Below, in pieces: positions 8,570 through 16,965 of a DNA stretch of 32,000 nucleotides. The stretch lies in NCBI RefSeq assembly GCF_014078525.1, contig NZ_MU078696.1, positions 83,873-115,872 on the forward strand, in the 5' to 3' direction. The first letter of the stretch is position 1, and each line of letters opens with the position of its first letter. This DNA is from Nitrosopumilus sp. b3. Lineage in GTDB: Archaea; Thermoproteota; Nitrososphaeria; Nitrososphaerales; Nitrosopumilaceae. The position numbers and the translations under genes are program-made. Below the pieces are notes generated by a model. That model was not told where the DNA came from. It ran no database searches and saw only the letters and a list, made by a program, of their open reading frames with translations.

Positions 8570-10216
8570 TTGAAAGTTCTTTTGATACAGCCCGAAGTTA
8601 GATTAGATGATAAACCATTTGATTTTCCATTCTGGGCAGGTATTTTTGCTTCAATCGTTGAACAAAAACGGGGTCAAGTTGCTATATTAGATCTAAATGC
8701 AATCAGAATGAATTATGGTGGAGACTATGTTCCATTAGAACAGATAAGAAAAGATATTGCATCTGAAAAATGGGATCTCATAGGAATCAGTGGATTAACT
8801 ACCATGTATCGAAGAATTAAAGAATTAGTTCCTACAATTAAAAAATTATGTCCTAATTCAATTTTGATAGCTGGTGGAGGATTTGCAACCTATAATCCTG
8901 ATGAAATATTGCAATTAATTCCTCAAATTGATTTGATATGTATTGGAGAAGGTGAAGAAACATTTTCTGAGATATATGACACGATCAATAATGGGAATAA
9001 TGATTTTGAGAAAATTAAAGGATTATGTATTAATAAAAACGGAATTCCAACATATACGGAGCCACGAGCATTAATTCCTAATTTAGATACAGTGCCGTAC
9101 CCTGCATATGATTTGTATGAATTAGATGTGTATTTTAGATATTCATCATATCCATATTCCGTTGAAGCATTTAATGCAAAAAGAAGAGCCACCGCAGTAT
9201 GGGAACGAGGTTGTCCTAGAGGTTGTACATTTTGTTCTCACAATGGAATGTCTCGTATAGACTTGCAAAATATTTATGGTGAAGGGGATAGAAAAAAAGG
9301 AGAACAACTAGTTAGAATATCTGATAAGGAAAATAATACGTTTCAATTACCAGCAAGATGGCCTACTGCTCAATATGCAGTGAATAATATCAAATTATTA
9401 CATGAAAAATATAATGTCGATTTTGTTTCAATTTTAGATGAAAACATGACAAGTAATAAAAAATGGACAGAGGAATTTTGTAATTTGTATATCGATGAAG
9501 GATTAAATGAATTAGTAAAATGGGGAACTTTAGGTGATGCACCCAGTGTTGCAACTCAGTCACATCTTTTACAAACAATGAAAGATGCAGGTTGTACTTA
9601 CATTTCATTTGGATTTGAGTCCGCATCTGATAAAGTACTCAAGGAAGATATTCAAAAAGGACAAACACGAAAACATCTTCAAATCACTATTGATGCTATT
9701 AGAGAAGTTCAAATGAGGCCATTAACTACTTTCATGATTGGAAATGAACATGAAAATATTAATGATTTGATGGAAACAGTAGATTTTTGGATTAAAAATA
9801 ATATTGAAATTGATCCTTTCATATGTACCCCTTACGTTGGCAGTCCTATTTACTATAATAATAAAAGATTCCTATTGGCACAATATGATGAAAAACTAAA
9901 ACACGCTGATAAATTAGATATTGATAAATCTGTAATCAAAAAATGGGAATTAGATGCACTTGATAAATTTATGACAGAATGTGGAGATGCAACTCTATAC
10001 ACTGGAACTGTGAGTAAATACTTCACTATTCCAGAGCTTATCGCATTAAAGAGATTCATGTATAAACATGAAACAGGAAGAATGTTGGAAATGGCGCATC
10101 AACGATATGATCAAACAGGATTAGAACAATGGAATCATGATAACAAATGGAATGATTATTGCGGTATATGTAAAGCAAAAGAAACACTATCAGAATACAT
10201 GACAATGCAAATTTGA
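8570..10216 (+). CDS. Cobalamin-binding-domain radical SAM enzyme (class B rSAM, putative methyltransferase)
   Basis: The N-terminus resembles a B12-binding domain (LIGISGLTT...SILIAGGGFATYNPDE...DLICIGEGEETF). CxxxCxxC cluster motif CPRGCTFC at nt 9212-9235. GFESASDKVLKEDIQKG matches the rSAM core. TTG start as in the ORF track. Confidence 0.85.
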   Translation: MKVLLIQPEVRLDDKPFDFPFWAGIFASIVEQKRGQVAILDLNAIRMNYGGDYVPLEQIRKDIASEKWDLIGISGLTTMYRRIKELVPTIKKLCPNSILIAGGGFATYNPDEILQLIPQIDLICIGEGEETFSEIYDTINNGNNDFEKIKGLCINKNGIPTYTEPRALIPNLDTVPYPAYDLYELDVYFRYSSYPYSVEAFNAKRRATAVWERGCPRGCTFCSHNGMSRIDLQNIYGEGDRKKGEQLVRISDKENNTFQLPARWPTAQYAVNNIKLLHEKYNVDFVSILDENMTSNKKWTEEFCNLYIDEGLNELVKWGTLGDAPSVATQSHLLQTMKDAGCTYISFGFESASDKVLKEDIQKGQTRKHLQITIDAIREVQMRPLTTFMIGNEHENINDLMETVDFWIKNNIEIDPFICTPYVGSPIYYNNKRFLLAQYDEKLKHADKLDIDKSVIKKWELDALDKFMTECGDATLYTGTVSKYFTIPELIALKRFMYKHETGRMLEMAHQRYDQTGLEQWNHDNKWNDYCGICKAKETLSEYMTMQI

Positions 10217-10236
10217 GAAGACAATAAAAAAGAAAA

Positions 10237-10911
10237 ATGAGAAAAATTACTGTAACTGGTTCTGAAGGATTAATAGGTTCGGAAATATGCAAATATTTTA
10301 AAAATACTGATCACGTTAAAAAACTTGACATTAAACTTGGACATGATCTTTTAGATGAGTCATTTGTAAAAACTTGGTTTAAAAAAAATAAATCTGATTA
10401 TCTTATAAATTGTTTTGCATTAAATGATCATATTAATCCTAAAGGAAAACATTACACTCTGTATGATTTTACTTTAGAATCTTTTTCAAAGTACTTGCAA
10501 ACAAATTTGATATCTTTATTTTCTGTATGTAGAGAATTTGCGCGAAATAACAAATTTGGAGCGATTGTTAATTTTTCTTCTACATATGGATTAGTTTCTC
10601 CAAATCCAGCTTTATATGATGGATTTCATAAAGATATTGGATATGGAGTTTCAAAAGCAGGAGTATTGAATTTAACAAAATATTTGGCTGCACATTTGGC
10701 CCCCAAAATTAGAGTCAATTCAATTGTTCCAGGAGGAATACAATTAAATCAAAATAAAAATTTTATAAAAAACTACTCGAAATTAACTCCGATGAATAGA
10801 ATGATGAAAAAATCAGAATTAAATGGATTAGTGGATTATTTATGTTCAAAAAAATCTAGTTATGTTACTGGTTCTACAATTATAGCTGATGGTGGATATA
10901 CTGCATGGTAG
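10237..10911 (+). CDS. Short-chain dehydrogenase/reductase (SDR)
   Basis: ITVTGSEGLIGSEI glycine-rich loop, YGVSKAG (YxxxK) and RVNSIVPGGI. Confidence 0.75.
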   Translation: MRKITVTGSEGLIGSEICKYFKNTDHVKKLDIKLGHDLLDESFVKTWFKKNKSDYLINCFALNDHINPKGKHYTLYDFTLESFSKYLQTNLISLFSVCREFARNNKFGAIVNFSSTYGLVSPNPALYDGFHKDIGYGVSKAGVLNLTKYLAAHLAPKIRVNSIVPGGIQLNQNKNFIKNYSKLTPMNRMMKKSELNGLVDYLCSKKSSYVTGSTIIADGGYTAW

Positions 10912-10991
10912 GTATTGATACATATATTATTACAGTGAGAAATTCTTTAAAAAGATTATAAAATATAACCATGATGATTGTTAGTTAACAT

Positions 10992-13679
10992 GTGCAGTTT
11001 AATATTCTGTTTTTAAAAAATTCGCTTTTTTTTGACCTTGTTTTTATTTTTATATTATTAATTTCTACATTTTTTATTTTTATCGTGATTCATGATAGTA
11101 TTAACCCCTCATTTATTTCTGATTCCACTTTCTTCATTGGTGTAAGTAATAATCTGTTTGATGGTAAGGGATTAACATCATCTTATATCCCATCGAATTA
11201 TGATTATGCTGGTATACATGGTAATGATATTTCAAATCTAATTAAAACAAATCCTAATATTAATTCTGAATATAGTAAGCCACCTGTATTTTTTATTTTG
11301 GAAGGGGCATTTTTTGAAATTACAAATGCAAACGAATCGAATTGGGTTTTCATTACATCTGTTTTTACTGCAATAATTTCATCATTTTTCATAGTTTTAT
11401 TTTATCTCTTGATCAGAAAATACTTTGAACCCTTTATTGCAGTATCTTCTACATTAGTTGTTTTCACGTCATTTTTCTTTTTAACGGAAATAACACATGG
11501 AATGGCACATACATTGACTTATCTTTTCATTGTACTGGCATTTTTTTTCCTAGAAAAAAAAATTAAACATTATTTTTTATTTGGATTGTTTATTTCTCTT
11601 GGAATTTTAACACATGAATTAGCAGTTATACCATTATTCAGTTACATTACATTTTTGATTTTTAAATATGAGATCAAAGGATCTTTAATAGTTTTAGGTA
11701 CTTGGTTTATTATTTTATTCCCTTGGATGATTAGACAATTTCAAATATTTGGAGATTTTGGCATAGGAGTTGGAATACCTTTTTCCAACACAATTTCATC
11801 ATTTTTTATTGCTGAATCCATTGAATCCTCTCCGATTTTAGGATTGGAAAATGAATTAATCTCTGCTTCTGCATATCTACAACAACTTTTTTTCAATTCA
11901 CATTTACCTTATAATTTACCTAAAACTGATCTTTTAGTATTTTTTTTCATATTTGTAGGATTTTCTTTCTTTTTGTCAACTAAATTACAAAAATGCTTTT
12001 TCATATCAAAGATAAAACAAAAAATATTTTTGATATTAACACTTTCTCTTATTTTAATATTATTTTTAGGTATTTTTGATATTTTAATTCTTAATGGAAT
12101 TACTTTAATTTATGAAACTTTGAACAATCAATTTTATTCTGAAGAATCAACAATGGATTCTGATCAAGAAATAAATAGATTAACTTTAGTTATACAATTT
12201 CTAATTATTTTTATTCCTATTATTACTTTGATATATTTTTTAAGAAAATACTTTTTGAAAAATAATCTTTTTGATAAAGATCTCACAAGATTTCATTCAA
12301 TAATCCCTTTCATTATGATTTTTTCAATTTTTGCAATGTATATTGTAACTATTAGAGCAGGAGGTGTTTATTTTCCACCATTTTACCCAGCTTTATTTTT
12401 AACTCTTCCATTAGGAATACTAGGATTAAAAAAATTTATAGGATTTTTTATTTTTGATGACACTAAACTGAAAAAATTTTTACCATATGTTGTTATTGGA
12501 ATTATTCTTATCATTTCAATTTCTTTTATTTTAGATCAAAGTATTTCTTGGATTATCACAATTCATGAATTTGATTGGAGAACTAATGAAAATTTTCCAG
12601 ATTTTTATAATTGGTTTAATGAAAATATAAACAATGAATCTGTAATTATGACTACTTATCCTGCAAATACTTATCTTAATACTGGAAATCCTACAGTTCC
12701 AATCCCAAATGAATTTTATTCTAACTCATTTGAAACAAAAAGATACATTGAACATTATAATGTAGAATATATTTTACTTCTAAATCCTATTCCTACGGAT
12801 ATAATACGTGCAAAACTTTCATCTTTTACTCCTGTTGTTACTTGCAATCAAGACTGTATGATTTTAAAATATAATCCAAATCAAGAGAATTACATTGAAC
12901 TTGCTGCTAAAGAATTTTTGGAGGTTTACAATTATGATGTCCTGAAAATCAAAAAGTTTCTTTATGATGACTTCGGATGGGATCCAAAACCAAATGAAGA
13001 TGGAGAAATCCAATTAAGACTCAACTTTACTGATGAAGATGTTAATAAATTATCAATATCATTCATTGAATCCACATTTGATCAGATTAATCCTATCATA
13101 CAATTAAGACAAGAAAAAAATAAACAATCTTTAGAAAATGCAAAAATCCATGAACAATCTAATCAGTATTATGATGCATTATCTATATATGATAAACTTT
13201 TAGAAACTAACAAGTTTGATTTTAAAGCATTAGAAGGTAAAATTCGTGTTTATCAGAATCTTGATGATAAAACTCAAGTAAACAAAATTTTTGATGAAAT
13301 TTATTTGTTATATCAAGAAAAAATAAATACAAAAAGTCCTTTTGATTCACCAATTGAAACTTTCCAAACAAAATATCTGGAAACTATTCGTTCTGAGATA
13401 CATTACTGGCAAAATGAATCTAGTGATCGTAAACTACTTGATGCATATGAAGAATTTTTTGAACTTGATAAATTTAGTCAAGAAGGTTGGTATGGAAAAG
13501 CAGAAACCTTAGAAAAATTAGGTAAATTACCTGAAGCGATACGAGATTATAATTTCTTACTTAGAGTGGTCCCTTCTGAACAAACTGATGAAATTCAAAA
13601 TAAAATAACTGAAATAGAAAACCGTTTGAAGTTAGAACCAAAAAATAATAAACAACGAACTAGAATAATTAGTAAATGA
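10992..13679 (+). CDS. Polytopic GT-C-fold (ArnT/PMT_2-like) membrane glycosyltransferase fused to a C-terminal TPR domain
   Basis: About 550 aa with many hydrophobic helices, including KPPVFFILEGAFF (similar to the PPL.. loop of ArnT/PMT_2). The C-terminal ~250 aa contain TPR-like repeats (YYDALSIYDKLLETNKFDFKALEGKIRVY; GWYGKAETLEKLGKLPEAIRDYNFLLRV). No WWDYG motif, so not an STT3/AglB. GTG start; its stop overlaps the next ATG (ATGA). Confidence 0.55.
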   Translation: MQFNILFLKNSLFFDLVFIFILLISTFFIFIVIHDSINPSFISDSTFFIGVSNNLFDGKGLTSSYIPSNYDYAGIHGNDISNLIKTNPNINSEYSKPPVFFILEGAFFEITNANESNWVFITSVFTAIISSFFIVLFYLLIRKYFEPFIAVSSTLVVFTSFFFLTEITHGMAHTLTYLFIVLAFFFLEKKIKHYFLFGLFISLGILTHELAVIPLFSYITFLIFKYEIKGSLIVLGTWFIILFPWMIRQFQIFGDFGIGVGIPFSNTISSFFIAESIESSPILGLENELISASAYLQQLFFNSHLPYNLPKTDLLVFFFIFVGFSFFLSTKLQKCFFISKIKQKIFLILTLSLILILFLGIFDILILNGITLIYETLNNQFYSEESTMDSDQEINRLTLVIQFLIIFIPIITLIYFLRKYFLKNNLFDKDLTRFHSIIPFIMIFSIFAMYIVTIRAGGVYFPPFYPALFLTLPLGILGLKKFIGFFIFDDTKLKKFLPYVVIGIILIISISFILDQSISWIITIHEFDWRTNENFPDFYNWFNENINNESVIMTTYPANTYLNTGNPTVPIPNEFYSNSFETKRYIEHYNVEYILLLNPIPTDIIRAKLSSFTPVVTCNQDCMILKYNPNQENYIELAAKEFLEVYNYDVLKIKKFLYDDFGWDPKPNEDGEIQLRLNFTDEDVNKLSISFIESTFDQINPIIQLRQEKNKQSLENAKIHEQSNQYYDALSIYDKLLETNKFDFKALEGKIRVYQNLDDKTQVNKIFDEIYLLYQEKINTKSPFDSPIETFQTKYLETIRSEIHYWQNESSDRKLLDAYEEFFELDKFSQEGWYGKAETLEKLGKLPEAIRDYNFLLRVVPSEQTDEIQNKITEIENRLKLEPKNNKQRTRIISK

Positions 13680-15040
13680 AGTATAACGTTTTATTTTTAG
13701 TAATTGATTCGTTACGTTCTGATAAATGCTATGATACAACTAAAACGTCAATTACTCCAAATATTGACTCATTAATCAAACAAGGAATTTATTTTTCTCA
13801 GGCAATAAGCTCCATTGCTTCCACTTCACCTTCAATGGGAAGTATGTTTACTGGACTTTTTCCTTTTAAAACTGGAATGAGTAATGATACATATGAAAAA
13901 TTGAATGCTGATGTACCTACATACGTAGAGCATCTCAAAAAGCATGGTTATACTACTTTTGCAACAACGTCTGAAGTAAATTCATTTTTAGGGATAACAG
14001 AAGATTTTGATCTTAAACTAGAATCTTCAACTCATAATAATTACTATGGTTTGTTTAAGGGATTGGGAAAAAAAATTCTTGCAAAGATAGGTTCTATTTT
14101 AAACGAGCCATGGTTTTTTTATATTCACATTAACGACTTACATCAACCAATTGTAGTGCCTGAAAGCTTTGATCATCCAAAATATGGTGAAACCTCATAT
14201 GAAAGAATGGTCTCTGCAATTGATTCATGGATTGGTGAACTTTTGAAAAAAATTAATCTAGAAAATACTTTGATTGTTATTACAGCAGATCATGGAGAAT
14301 ATATTCGCTCATTAAAAATCAATGATCAAATAATAAATCTTGAGTCTGGAATGGGAGAAAAAACTCTTTGGCAAATTGGTAACAAGATTCCTTCTGTATT
14401 ATATGGACCAAAAAAAAAACTTTCATTGTATCTGCACAAAATTAGAAATTCTAGAAGAGAAAAACAAATCAAAAATTTGTCGTTGTCAAAATATGAAGAA
14501 CGAGTACTTACAACATCACGAATGAGTCAAGGTAGTCATGTCTATGATGATGTATTAAAAGTGCCCTTAATTTTTGCAGGGCTTAATATCAAATCTAGTA
14601 AAATAATTTCACAACAAGTAGGTTTAGTAGATGTTTTTCCCACAATTGTTGCATTAATAGGCTTAGAAAATTTGAATTCAAATATTGATGGAACTAGCTT
14701 GATTCCTCTTTTTACAAATCAGCATCTTGATGAAAAACCTATTTTTATTCAAAGCATGCCATATGTCACTGAAAATCATAAAAACTATGTAGGGATTAGA
14801 ACAAGTGACTTCAAATATGTTAGAGATGCTAATAATCATGAAAATTTTGAGCTTTTTGATCTAATTCGTGATCCTCTAGAACAACATGATGTTTCACATG
14901 ATTTTCCTGAAATTGTGACTAAAATGGAGAATATTTTGCAAAATTATCTTAAACAAGAAATTAAACCTGATTCCAAAAAATTAGATGATGTAGAAAGAAA
15001 AAAAGTTGAAGAAGAATTAAAAAAACTTGGATACATCTAA
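13676..15040 (+). CDS. Sulfatase-family (alkaline phosphatase superfamily) protein with Thr at the nucleophile position; probably not a true sulfatase
   Basis: LFLVIDSLRSD (metal Asp), ITADHGE, and the nucleophile segment S-T50-S-P-S-M-GSMFTG (T50 at nt 13823-13825) in place of C/S-x-P-x-R-xxxx-TG. No N-terminal signal peptide. Confidence 0.75.
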   Translation: MKYNVLFLVIDSLRSDKCYDTTKTSITPNIDSLIKQGIYFSQAISSIASTSPSMGSMFTGLFPFKTGMSNDTYEKLNADVPTYVEHLKKHGYTTFATTSEVNSFLGITEDFDLKLESSTHNNYYGLFKGLGKKILAKIGSILNEPWFFYIHINDLHQPIVVPESFDHPKYGETSYERMVSAIDSWIGELLKKINLENTLIVITADHGEYIRSLKINDQIINLESGMGEKTLWQIGNKIPSVLYGPKKKLSLYLHKIRNSRREKQIKNLSLSKYEERVLTTSRMSQGSHVYDDVLKVPLIFAGLNIKSSKIISQQVGLVDVFPTIVALIGLENLNSNIDGTSLIPLFTNQHLDEKPIFIQSMPYVTENHKNYVGIRTSDFKYVRDANNHENFELFDLIRDPLEQHDVSHDFPEIVTKMENILQNYLKQEIKPDSKKLDDVERKKVEEELKKLGYI

Positions 15041-15092
15041 AATCACTTTTTAGTTTAGAACTGTTTTTATTTAAATTCGTTTTTTTAAAAAT

Positions 15093-16208
15093 ATGAATAG
15101 AAAAAATGTTATAATTTTAATGATTGATGGTGGAAGGTTAGATCGTGCTTTATCCTCAACTGTTTTTAACAGACTTAAAAATAATTCTGCCTTTTTCTCT
15201 CAATCTGTAACTTATGGACCTCATACTATAGCTGCTATGCATGCAGTTTTCAGTGGTACATATGGAAATAGGACTGGAACTGATAGCTATTGGTCTACAT
15301 TCAAATTTAAAAAAGATAAATTTAAAACATTAACTGAATACCTTCATGATTTAGAATACTACACTTTAGCTGATGTGGTTAATGAATTAGTTATACCTAA
15401 ACAAGGATTTGATAAATTTCTTATTCATGATGAACTAAAAGATGATCTTACTTCACGTCATTGTAATTACCTTGAAGAAATGAGTAAGATGAATTCCGAA
15501 GGAAAAAATTTCTTCTTGTATCAACAATACAGCAATATTCACACTGGTATTATGAATGAAGTTCTTAAGGTATATGATAATTTTAGCGACGAATATTTTT
15601 CTAATAAAGAAAAAAATGAACAACGTTATGATAAATTATTTGCAGATGCAGAAATTTATTTAGAAACAATTCTTCAACACATTAAAACTCTTGAATTAGA
15701 TAAAAATTCATTAATTTTGATAATGTCTGATCATGGAATTAGTGTGGGAGAAAAAATTGGAGAAAGAGCATATGGTGCATTTTGTTATGATTACACTTTA
15801 CGAACATTTACTTATTTTGTATATCCTGAAATAAAACCTATTGAGATCAAACAACAAGTACGAACCATAGATTTTATGCCTACAATTTTAGATTATCTAA
15901 ATATACCACTTTCTGAAAAATTTGAGAAGATTGATGGTGAATCACTACTTTCTTTGATTAATGGTAATTCAATAGAAGAAAAACTAGCATTTTCAGAAAC
16001 AGGAAATCCACTTAAGGACAATCGGCCTCCAGAAAATCCTAATACTAAATCTATACGTTCATCAAAATGGAAATTTATTTTTAACGAATATGATGGTTCT
16101 AAGGAACTTTATGATCTAGAGTCTGATCCATCTGAAGAAAGCAATCTTATTGGAAAGAATTTAGAAATAGAAAACATTCTTTGGAAAGAAATTCAAAATT
16201 ATCTGTAA
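15093..16208 (+). CDS. Second sulfatase-family / alkaline phosphatase superfamily paralog, also lacking the C/S-x-P-x-R formylglycine motif
   Basis: IILMIDGGRLDR, IMSDHGIS, and the nucleophile region VTYGPHTIAAMHAVFSG (Thr40 or Thr45; no Cys, no Arg). No signal peptide. Its stop is 1 nt from the stop of the convergent nucleotidyltransferase gene. Confidence 0.7.
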   Translation: MNRKNVIILMIDGGRLDRALSSTVFNRLKNNSAFFSQSVTYGPHTIAAMHAVFSGTYGNRTGTDSYWSTFKFKKDKFKTLTEYLHDLEYYTLADVVNELVIPKQGFDKFLIHDELKDDLTSRHCNYLEEMSKMNSEGKNFFLYQQYSNIHTGIMNEVLKVYDNFSDEYFSNKEKNEQRYDKLFADAEIYLETILQHIKTLELDKNSLILIMSDHGISVGEKIGERAYGAFCYDYTLRTFTYFVYPEIKPIEIKQQVRTIDFMPTILDYLNIPLSEKFEKIDGESLLSLINGNSIEEKLAFSETGNPLKDNRPPENPNTKSIRSSKWKFIFNEYDGSKELYDLESDPSEESNLIGKNLEIENILWKEIQNYL

Positions 16209-16209
16209 T

Positions 16210-16959
16210 TTAGATATATTTTTTTTTAGCATTTTCTAGGTCTTGCGGTGTATCAATCTCACACCATTCACCATTTACAATTATTGGTTCAACTAAGATA
16301 TTTTGTTCAATTATCTCTTGAATCATATCTGTTAGATAAGATTTTTTAAAGGTTTTAGCATCACGAAATGGAGCTGGATTATTTTTTTCCACTCTGGTAA
16401 ATTCATCCACAAAAATTTTTGATCCTTTTTCAGAAAATTTCATTATTCCAATAAACTCTCCATTTTTTTGATTTTTTGCAATTTGTGAAATGTTTTTTTT
16501 AATTTTTATAATTTTGTTATTTTCAATTATTACGTTGTCTGCTTGAGATTTTGGATGCTCTGTTCTATTTTCATATTTTGATTCCCAATTTAGATCTGTA
16601 GCAATTCCAATATCTACCTTTGATTGTATGATTTGCTGTAGGATTTTCTCATCGAACAAAATATCTGAATATGTTGTTATGACATCTCCTCTAATTTCAT
16701 TTTTTGCAGCCATTAGGCTCAAAAGAACATCATGTTTTTCATATTCTGTGTCTTCCAAATATCTAATTTTGTTAAATTTGAATTTATCTTTATGTGGTCC
16801 TGTAATTATGATAATTTCTTCAATATTGTTGTTTTTCAAAATTTCTATTTGTCGTTCTAAAATAGATTTACCGTTGATGTCCAATAATCCTTTTGGCATT
16901 TCTTTAGTTTGTGAACCTAGTCTTTTTGCAGATCCTGCAGCAATAATGATAGCTTTCAT
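16210..16959 (-). CDS. Nucleotidyltransferase (NTP_transferase fold); candidate phosphonate cytidylyltransferase (PntC / Fom1-N-domain-like)
   Basis: MKAIIIAAGSAKRLGSQTKEMPKGLL is the G-x-G-x-R-L...K signature. Last gene of the pepM-ppd operon, 6 nt after ppd beta. Confidence 0.75.
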   Translation of the reverse strand: MKAIIIAAGSAKRLGSQTKEMPKGLLDINGKSILERQIEILKNNNIEEIIIITGPHKDKFKFNKIRYLEDTEYEKHDVLLSLMAAKNEIRGDVITTYSDILFDEKILQQIIQSKVDIGIATDLNWESKYENRTEHPKSQADNVIIENNKIIKIKKNISQIAKNQKNGEFIGIMKFSEKGSKIFVDEFTRVEKNNPAPFRDAKTFKKSYLTDMIQEIIEQNILVEPIIVNGEWCEIDTPQDLENAKKKYI

Positions 16960-16965
16960 ATTTTT

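Noticed and set aside
10992-13679. The 895-aa membrane protein as the oligosaccharyltransferase AglB/STT3.
   Set aside because: No WWDYG-type motif anywhere in the sequence. The C-terminal soluble part is TPR-like rather than the STT3 peripheral domain.
14410-14419. A10 homopolymer inside the first sulfatase-family gene (codons P-K-K-K) with an open alternative frame around it (14340-14525), as a possible slipped-strand phase-variation switch.
   Set aside because: A/T runs of 8-9 nt occur inside several other genes here (for example T9 at 2825-2833 and T9 at 16219-16227) and simply encode Lys/Phe runs in this AT-rich genome. There is no evidence of length polymorphism from a single sequence.
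13676-16208. Annotating the two ORFs as genuine arylsulfatases or choline sulfatases.
   Set aside because: Neither has the C/S-x-P/A-x-R formylglycine-generating motif, and the equivalent position is Thr with Met in place of Arg. No FGE or anSME maturase gene is visible in the window.
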